64,000 nucleotides of DNA from assembly GCA_036169735.1 (NCBI GenBank), contig JAVHNX010000033.1:27827-91826 (forward strand), read 5' to 3'. Positions 58,534 through 64,000 of the stretch are shown here, piece by piece. A program made the translations under genes and the position numbers. Every line of letters begins with the position of its first letter. Positions within the stretch are counted from its first letter, which is position 1. This stretch comes from Minisyncoccota bacterium. Lineage in GTDB: Bacteria; Patescibacteriota; Minisyncoccia; Phycocordibacterales; UBA9973. Under the pieces are notes generated by a model. That model had not been told where the DNA came from. It did no database searches and worked only from the letters and a program-made list of their open reading frames with translations.

Positions 58534-58585
58534 TTAGGTTGATTATCTTAATCCCCATGTGAGGAAACTAAGATAATCAACCTAA
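58534..58585. repeat. 17-bp perfect inverted repeat TTAGGTTGATTATCTTA-N18-TAAGATAATCAACCTAA
   Basis: Seen directly. Located between the 58687 gene end and the 58505 gene start. No flanking T-run. Confidence 0.5.
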
Positions 58586-58686
58586 TTCAATAAAAACCAC
58601 CTGTCAAAAAACTGCAATTAAAATTACAGTATATTATATTTTGTTCTGTGTCAATTACCGTTTATTTATAATTTTTTAAAAAAAAT

Positions 58687-58890
58687 CTATAAACATTTAC
58701 AATTACTTTCTGCTTCTCTACATTTTTTGCATCTAACTTGTACCATTGATTTTTCATCACACGCTTGAAAATGTAAAGGATTATATTGTGCTGTGGTGTA
58801 TCCACATTTTGGACATTTAAATCCATCACCTTCACCATGGCAAGTGCTGCAATTTTTTGGAGACAAATGTTTTGTTATATTATAAGCCAT
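58687..58890 (-). CDS. Small Cys-rich zinc-ribbon-like protein
   Basis: 67 aa with CxxC x2, CxxC and CKC clusters. Confidence 0.45.
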   Translation of the reverse strand: MAYNITKHLSPKNCSTCHGEGDGFKCPKCGYTTAQYNPLHFQACDEKSMVQVRCKKCREAESNCKCL

Positions 58891-58911
58891 ATATCTAAAA
58901 GATTATTTCTA

Positions 58912-59508
58912 TTAAATTTTTCCAACTAAATCAACGTTTGGTGTTAATACCTCCTTTCCTGGCTCCCAGTTTGCCGGACATACGTTTTCACTATGTTCCC
59001 TCACAAATTTAGCTGCTTGTAGTTTTCTTAGCATTTCCTTTGCACTTCTGCCGATATTATTGGCATGTATTTCAATTGTTTTAAGAACTCCATCTGGATC
59101 AATAATAAATGTCCCTCGTAATGACAATCCTTCTGCCTCGATATAAGTTCCGAACATTCTAGATACATTACCAGTCGGATCAGCTAACATAGGGTATTGA
59201 ATCTTACTAATAGCTGGTGAACTATCGTGCCACGCTTTATGAGCAAAAGTAGTATCAGTACTAATACTCATTATCTCTCCTCCTAAATTTTTAACTTCTT
59301 CATAATACTTAGATGCATCTTCTAGCTCTGTTGGACAAACAAAAGTAAAATCAGCTGGGTAAAAAATCAAGACTACCCATTTACCCTTGTATTCAGAAAG
59401 TTTTATTTTCTTTATTTCGTTGTTTTGATACGCATCTATCTCAAAATCTGGAACAATTGAATTTATATTTATCATAATATTATTATACCAACTAAAAACC
59501 TGAAGCAC
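58912..59508 (-). CDS. Peroxiredoxin (AhpC/TSA family, 2-Cys type)
   Basis: 198 aa. DFTFVCPTE peroxidatic-Cys motif. Confidence 0.85.
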   Translation of the reverse strand: MLQVFSWYNNIMININSIVPDFEIDAYQNNEIKKIKLSEYKGKWVVLIFYPADFTFVCPTELEDASKYYEEVKNLGGEIMSISTDTTFAHKAWHDSSPAISKIQYPMLADPTGNVSRMFGTYIEAEGLSLRGTFIIDPDGVLKTIEIHANNIGRSAKEMLRKLQAAKFVREHSENVCPANWEPGKEVLTPNVDLVGKI

Positions 59509-59857
59509 GAGTTACACTATCTAGGTTGATTTGTTTAGAATCGTCTTTGTCTTTTATTAATTCTTTTAAGAGAATATAAATGTCTTGTAGCTCTGCATTA
59601 ACTATTTGTGCTTCCAAAAATATTCCATCCTCATAGGCTGTCCTTTCTTTTGAAATAATATTCTCCATTTTTAGAACTATTTTCTCATCAAAGAGTGGTT
59701 TGTAACCATTTAATATGTCCTCAATATTGTATTTAGTAATGTAAAGTTCATCTGATTTTAATAACTCCAAGTTTCCTAATGTGAGCATTTTTCTTACCTT
59801 CACAAAATGTGACATCAAATTTTCTACCAATTCTTGGTTTGTCATATAAGTACTCAT
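59492..59857 (-). CDS. Hypothetical protein
   Basis: 121 aa. Overlaps the peroxiredoxin start by 17 nt. Confidence 0.4.
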   Translation of the reverse strand: MSTYMTNQELVENLMSHFVKVRKMLTLGNLELLKSDELYITKYNIEDILNGYKPLFDEKIVLKMENIISKERTAYEDGIFLEAQIVNAELQDIYILLKELIKDKDDSKQINLDSVTRASGF

Positions 59858-59895
59858 CTTAACATTTTAATTATAAAAATAGTAAATTTATATAT

Positions 59896-59924
59896 TTGAC
59901 ATACCTAGAACGATAAGCTATTGT
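59896..59924 (+). promoter_or_regulatory. Putative sigma70-type promoter TTGACA-17-TATTGT
   Basis: Consensus -35 hexamer. 17-nt spacer. Pairs with the terminator at 60292-60325 to define a roughly 390-nt plus-strand transcription unit. Confidence 0.4.
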
Positions 59925-60004
59925 GTACATGAATCGTTTAACCTTGTTCCGTTAAATAAATTCCGAAAATTAACTAATTATTTAACCTTTATAATTAAAA
60001 AACT

Positions 60005-60094
60005 ATGGGAAATCTTATTTACCACTCGCTGCCGTTTATTTTGGCTATCATTATCACTTTGTACACTGTGTATCTATTTTTACAAGAGGTATAA
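60005..60094 (+). CDS. Possible 29-aa hydrophobic peptide
   Basis: MGNLIYHSLPFILAIIITLYTVYLFLQEV, single TM. Lies inside the promoter-terminator unit. Speculative. Confidence 0.2.
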   Translation: MGNLIYHSLPFILAIIITLYTVYLFLQEV

Positions 60095-60117
60095 TTGTAA
60101 ACGTAGTTGGGCTATTA

Positions 60118-60279
60118 ATGTTAGCTTTCAATTTAACAATTTGGGGAGCCTGGTATTTACCAAATGTCCCAAATAGTCCATTAACAATATGTACAGTTCT
60201 TATATTTACTGCATCAACAATTATCATTTTTGTTGTCGCTAAATATTTTATTGATGGCACGAAAAAAATTAAACACTAG
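60118..60279 (+). CDS. Possible 53-aa small membrane protein
   Basis: Two TM helices. Plus-strand terminator immediately downstream. Preferred over the minus-strand ORF-track call at 60054..60260. Confidence 0.35.
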   Translation: MLAFNLTIWGAWYLPNVPNSPLTICTVLIFTASTIIIFVVAKYFIDGTKKIKH

Positions 60280-60291
60280 AATTTAATCACT

Positions 60292-60325
60292 AAAAAACAC
60301 TTCAATCGAAGTGTTTTTTTAATTT
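60292..60325. terminator. Rho-independent terminator AAAACACTTC-AATC-GAAGTGTTTT plus T-run
   Basis: 10-bp perfect stem with T-runs on both strands. Confidence 0.7.
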
Positions 60326-60354
60326 TAAATTAAAATCATACAACAATAAAAAAA

Positions 60355-60981
60355 TCAATTAAACGTTATAGTGTGACGAATTTGATCAAACTGATCTAAA
60401 AGTGCTTTTTCGTTAAATTGTTTTATTGTACCTGCTGGATAGTTTTCGAGAACTCCATAATGAATAAAATAACGCACTGCTATACATGAGTTTGTTCCGG
60501 GAATTGCGTATATTTTTTCCTCGTACCTGTTTCCTGCTGCCGCGCCTGTTGATGAAGCATATGAGTAAGTCGTACTTCCATCCATCAAACTACTAGCTTT
60601 AACTTGATCTAGAAAAAGATCCGCTGTGCAGTTTTTACTCTGTTTGATATTTTCTATACTTATATATGAATCATTACCTAGATTTGTTCTATCCGTCATT
60701 GATTTTGGAATAGTTAATTTTACACCCTCGATATCTTTGCCAGGTCCTAGCATTTGATATTTATAAGCATTATCAATAATAAAATTTTCTGGGTATGTTA
60801 CAGACATTTTCAGAGCAGTATCTGTATAAGTTTTATATTGCGTAGTTTCTATTTTGATTGGTAGATAATATATATTTATTTTTCGTTCCCCTATTACAAA
60901 ACCAACAAAAAAAGTTGAAACGAATAAAACAACAGCAAGCAGTTTAGAATACCAAGTTACTTTGTAAAATTCTATTTTCAT
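60355..60981 (-). CDS. Membrane-anchored hypothetical protein
   Basis: 208 aa, N-terminal TM. Confidence 0.45.
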   Translation of the reverse strand: MKIEFYKVTWYSKLLAVVLFVSTFFVGFVIGERKINIYYLPIKIETTQYKTYTDTALKMSVTYPENFIIDNAYKYQMLGPGKDIEGVKLTIPKSMTDRTNLGNDSYISIENIKQSKNCTADLFLDQVKASSLMDGSTTYSYASSTGAAAGNRYEEKIYAIPGTNSCIAVRYFIHYGVLENYPAGTIKQFNEKALLDQFDQIRHTITFN

Positions 60982-61439
60982 ATTAATTGCTTTATCACAG
61001 TTTCAAGTTCTTCGGGAACATCCGTTCCTATTCGGTAGACCTTCCCATTTTTCATCACTAGTTCAACGGCGTCAAAACCTGAAACACTATATATCCACAT
61101 TTTAGGCCACAGCCACAATTTTATTCCCCATCCATAATACCAATGATTCTTTGCTGTTTGAGCTGAAGCTATCTGATTAAGTGCAAACTTCCTGGTAAAA
61201 ATTCCGTAACCAAATTTAACCCTAAGATGATTCTCATCAGTCGAAACTGTTAGTGTGGCAAACGATGCAAGAATAAACACAATCAACACCATTACAGCAG
61301 TAACAAGAAAATTTGTGCCGGAGTCGACTGAAGGAGGTTCGGCTCGGGCCGTAATTTGAGCCCAGACGAAGAGCACTAGTACAGCCAGTGTAACAACTAG
61401 CATAAGATATCCAATTTGAGTGTGTTTGTATGAAACCAT
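60978..61439 (-). CDS. Hypothetical membrane protein (two N-terminal TM helices)
   Basis: 153 aa. Overlaps the downstream gene by 4 nt. Confidence 0.45.
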   Translation of the reverse strand: MVSYKHTQIGYLMLVVTLAVLVLFVWAQITARAEPPSVDSGTNFLVTAVMVLIVFILASFATLTVSTDENHLRVKFGYGIFTRKFALNQIASAQTAKNHWYYGWGIKLWLWPKMWIYSVSGFDAVELVMKNGKVYRIGTDVPEELETVIKQLI

Positions 61440-61619
61440 AAATATATTATATCAAATAAAGTTAAAAGTGCTTGCTGATCTTGTTGGACAATATTAGAAG
61501 CATTTTTAATGCAGAATGAGGTTTAAATATCTTATTTATATTTCTTCAACTTCAATAAGTTCTTGAGTAATAATTTTTGCAGAATATTCAGAATCAGAAT
61601 GTTAAAATCTTTTTCATGA

Positions 61620-62024
61620 TTATTTATTTAGGTAAGTTATTGTCAATTGCAATACTGTTGCAAATGACACCCACAATAAATAAGGGATATTTATATAAAC
61701 AACCCATCTAAGCTCTGGTAATGCATTCCAGACAACAAAAAGAGCCCATACAAGAGTTGTAAGAACTAGAACAATATCGACAGCTGCGAGATAATTATTT
61801 TTCAATCCAAATTGGATGGGAGTAAAAGCCAAATTAAAAATAAGATTTAAAATAAAAGGTACTATTATTATCCAAGAAAGTTTTGCATTAAAAACCTTAT
61901 AAAAAACTGCCCCAAAAGAAACGAAAATAATAGCGTATAAAAGAGTCCATACTGGGCCAAAAATCCAGCTAGGTGGTGCCCATGTAGGTTTGATTAATTG
62001 TAGATACCAATTATATGTATTCAT
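61620..62024 (-). CDS. tspO: TspO/MBR family tryptophan-rich membrane protein
   Basis: LIKPTWAPPSWIFGPVWTLLY signature. About 5 TM helices. ATG at 62024 preferred over TTG at 62030. Confidence 0.65.
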   Translation of the reverse strand: MNTYNWYLQLIKPTWAPPSWIFGPVWTLLYAIIFVSFGAVFYKVFNAKLSWIIIVPFILNLIFNLAFTPIQFGLKNNYLAAVDIVLVLTTLVWALFVVWNALPELRWVVYINIPYLLWVSFATVLQLTITYLNK

Positions 62025-62065
62025 AATCAAATTATATCATAGGTTCACATCTAATATTTATATTT

Positions 62066-62085
62066 ATTGCTAGCCTTATGGGACG
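62066..62085 (+). repeat. Conserved intergenic motif copy A (attgctagccttatgggacg; extended similarity to about 40 nt)
   Basis: Shares ATTRCTGRCYTTATGGGACR with copies at 62802 and 63558. The downstream CGRATCTTATTTT-like tail is also shared. Confidence 0.6.
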
Positions 62086-62154
62086 CTGTCGGATCTATTT
62101 TAATAAATAAACAATAAAAAAGGGCTTCACGTTATATGAAGCCCTTAATAAACA

Positions 62155-62658
62155 TTAATAAATTCTACGATGCTGTCGTATTGGTTTAGTCAATTCAATA
62201 CCATCATCATAATGTCTGGAATTAAGATTTTTAATCTTTTCATAAAGCTTTTCGGAATTATATAAAACATCAACTGATGATTCCTGATCTTTAAAAAGAT
62301 GTCCGAATAAACCAACATAATCAGAATTTGTTTTCCCATAAAGTTTTACATAGGACTTAGTTTCAAGCGAGGAAAAAGAAATTAATCCACCCAAATACAC
62401 ATAAGAATATATAGGTAAATCTACAAAAACGATTGCTCCCGGATTATTATATTCAATCAAAACTTGATTGTTCTTTGTTTTAGTAATGCCATTTTCCGGC
62501 ACATCAATAAGTTTGTAACAATTATAATTTGGGACGAACGAAAAGTATATTGTTTCATCAAAAATTAATAGTTTGTCACCCGCGAGAATATCCTTTACCT
62601 GTTTCTTGATTATAAAACTATTTGAATCAGTTAATAAGAAAGAATTTATTTTTTTCAT
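62155..62658 (-). CDS. Hypothetical protein
   Basis: 167 aa, no recognisable motif. Confidence 0.45.
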   Translation of the reverse strand: MKKINSFLLTDSNSFIIKKQVKDILAGDKLLIFDETIYFSFVPNYNCYKLIDVPENGITKTKNNQVLIEYNNPGAIVFVDLPIYSYVYLGGLISFSSLETKSYVKLYGKTNSDYVGLFGHLFKDQESSVDVLYNSEKLYEKIKNLNSRHYDDGIELTKPIRQHRRIY

Positions 62659-62683
62659 ATTTTAAAGATTTAAATTGTTTAAT

Positions 62684-62732
62684 TGATTGATTTACTTTAT
62701 TCTCCATTTAGAAGCACAAGGTAAATCAATCA
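62684..62732. repeat. 12-bp inverted repeat TGATTGATTTAC-N25-GTAAATCAATCA in the 5-prime leader of the 62155..62658 gene
   Basis: Seen directly. Lies between the predicted minus-strand promoter and the start codon. Confidence 0.45.
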
Positions 62733-62773
62733 TTAGCAATAAAACCAAATATCAAAGAACTATTATTATTCGC

Positions 62774-62802
62774 ATAATAATGTTTATGTATTGAATTGTC
62801 AA
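62774..62802 (-). promoter_or_regulatory. Putative sigma70-type promoter on the minus strand, TTGACA-17-TATTAT
   Basis: Both hexamers and the 17-nt spacing read directly from the minus strand. Motif copy B abuts the -35 on its upstream side. Confidence 0.45.
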
Positions 62803-62821
62803 TTGCTGGCTTTATGGGACG
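62802..62821 (+). repeat. Conserved intergenic motif copy B (attgctggctttatgggacg)
   Basis: See copy A. Confidence 0.6.
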
Positions 62822-62975
62822 AAATTGAAACCTTTTTGATACAAAATAGGGTTTAAATTATCTATTACATACTAATGAAATTAATAACCTTAAGAGGTTG
62901 ACTTATTAATCAGTTTGTTGTAGTATTTATATTAAATAGATTGCCAGTTAAATAAATTTAACCCTTAAAAATAAA

Positions 62976-63482
62976 ATGAAAAGAAATAACCTATCAACAG
63001 ATGGTTTTGGCATTGACCAAGTTAGAAAAAATGCCCAACAATACCTAAAATCCTTACAGGATAGATTTTCTTATCGTGTAACTTCAACAGAACTAAGTAA
63101 TTTTAGTCTTACCTTTCCTCCACTTTTTAGTGATAAGGCTTGGGGATCTGAATTTGCAATAAATGGACAAGAAAAAAACAATGATAATTCTACAGTCAAT
63201 GGTCAGAGGGTAGAAATATGTATTGATGAGAAAAATAGAGTTGTGGTTATCTTTTCTTTTAATATAAATAATAGAAAAAATTGTCACTATGTCGGATTAT
63301 GTCGTTCTAATGAATTTGAGGAGAAGTTTACTAAAAAAATAGATTCTTTTCTTCAAAGCGGTTCTTTTACATTTGATAATTATGTAAAAGAATTTGATGG
63401 GAATAGTTGGGATGGTTCTGAAAGTATATTTTTTGGTCAATTTTTTGAAACCGAAGAATATAAAAAATACGCCAAAAAATAA
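62976..63482 (+). CDS. Hypothetical protein
   Basis: 168 aa. Good coding-like composition. Terminator follows. Confidence 0.45.
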   Translation: MKRNNLSTDGFGIDQVRKNAQQYLKSLQDRFSYRVTSTELSNFSLTFPPLFSDKAWGSEFAINGQEKNNDNSTVNGQRVEICIDEKNRVVVIFSFNINNRKNCHYVGLCRSNEFEEKFTKKIDSFLQSGSFTFDNYVKEFDGNSWDGSESIFFGQFFETEEYKKYAKK

Positions 63483-63510
63483 AACAAAGTAATTTTAAAT
63501 AAAAAACAAA

Positions 63511-63548
63511 AAAACGTCTTTCAAAAATGGAAGGCGTTTTTTATTTGT
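63511..63548 (+). terminator. Rho-independent terminator (imperfect stem with G-U pairs) plus TTTTTTATTTG
   Basis: AAAACGTCTTTC-N7-GAAGGCGTTTT. Confidence 0.45.
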
Positions 63549-63557
63549 TTATACTAT

Positions 63558-63577
63558 ATTACTGACCTTATGGGACA
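63558..63577 (+). repeat. Conserved intergenic motif copy C (attactgaccttatgggaca)
   Basis: See copy A. Confidence 0.55.
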
Positions 63578-63712
63578 ATATCGAATCTTATTTTGTAATT
63601 TTAAATTCTATTTTTTTTACAGAAAATACTTTTTTATGATATATCGAAAAAATTATTATTATATTTATTATAATCAGATAAACACTAAAGGAATAAATAG
63701 AAAATATCCAGT

Positions 63713-63749
63713 TTGTTAAAATAAAAAGCTCTTCTTTATGAAGAGCTTT
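63713..63749 (-). terminator. Rho-independent terminator for the 63757 minus-strand gene
   Basis: AAAGCTCTTC-TTTAT-GAAGAGCTTT with minus-strand T-run. Confidence 0.65.
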
Positions 63750-63756
63750 AATAATT

Positions 63757-64000
63757 CTACAAAGAATTATTTGATATTTTATTAATACCTTTTTTGGCAA
63801 CTTTTGCTTCACCTGAACTTCCTCCTAATGCTATTACCCAAGCAATTACGCATAATATGGGATTAGTATCCCAGTAATAATTTGTGGCTAAAATTGCAAC
63901 TAAAATATGTGGAGCAAAAATAAAACCAAGCCATCCGAACAATCCAAATGACATGATTGTCGCAAAAAATAATGTTAGACGAGGAAAAATTGCAATACAA
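63757..64000 (-). CDS. Small membrane protein, possibly 5-prime-truncated by the window edge
   Basis: The frame is open to the window end. The ATG at 63954 would give 65 aa. Confidence 0.35.
   Translation of the reverse strand, partial: CIAIFPRLTLFFATIMSFGLFGWLGFIFAPHILVAILATNYYWDTNPILCVIAWVIALGGSSGEAKVAKKGINKISNNSL

Noticed and set aside
60054-60260. 68-aa minus-strand ORF from the track
   Set aside because: A plus-strand promoter (59896) and plus-strand terminator (60292-60325) bracket this region. The plus-strand frames encode cleaner TM peptides. The minus ORF would run antisense to this unit.
63588-63812. 74-aa minus-strand ORF
   Set aside because: Extremely low-complexity I/K/L-rich translation. 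It would read through the strong terminator hairpin at 63723-63749 that ends the upstream gene.
1-64000. rRNA, tRNA, tmRNA, RNase P or SRP RNA genes
   Set aside because: No intergenic stretch with the length, GC enrichment or conserved boxes expected for these RNAs was seen. I cannot rule out a missed tRNA without a covariance-model scan.

Overview
AT-rich (about 30% GC), gene-dense, bacterial-type window with very short intergenic spacers and many small hypothetical genes. Its overall character is consistent with a reduced-genome Patescibacteria/CPR-like organism; that is an inference from gene content and composition, not from any search. About 70 protein-coding genes are supportable, and no rRNA, tRNA or CRISPR array was recognised. 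The housekeeping genes and other features are listed in the features field. The points worth a second look are these. (1) A 58-bp GC-rich element with short inverted termini is inserted twice, in frame and 483 bp apart, inside the FAD-oxidase CDS. (2) A single-gene IS200/RAYT-type Y1 (HuH) transposase is bracketed by palindromic hairpins that share the core TACATAGGAG. (3) An 801-aa coiled-coil protein of unknown function is translationally coupled (TAATG) to a 51-aa upstream ORF. An exact 15-mer sits 2 nt before the start codon of that ORF and again before trpS. (4) A roughly 4.6-kb run of small hypothetical genes on the minus strand (54.3 to 58.9 kb) mostly carries individual terminators. 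It includes a protein with an RGG-rich N-terminus, a zinc ribbon and a lysine-rich tail; a PGAM-type histidine phosphatase; and a Cys-rich 67-aa protein next to a peroxiredoxin. (5) A 17-bp perfect inverted repeat lies at 58534-58585. (6) A roughly 40-nt conserved motif recurs three times in intergenic DNA at 62.0-63.6 kb. (7) A 42-bp duplicate of the 3-prime end of a small gene lies about 200 bp downstream of it. (8) A promoter-plus-terminator unit at 59.9-60.3 kb encodes only tiny hydrophobic peptides. No recognisable defence, secretion or biosynthetic system could be assigned with confidence. The unknown-function clusters above are the best candidates for something new.
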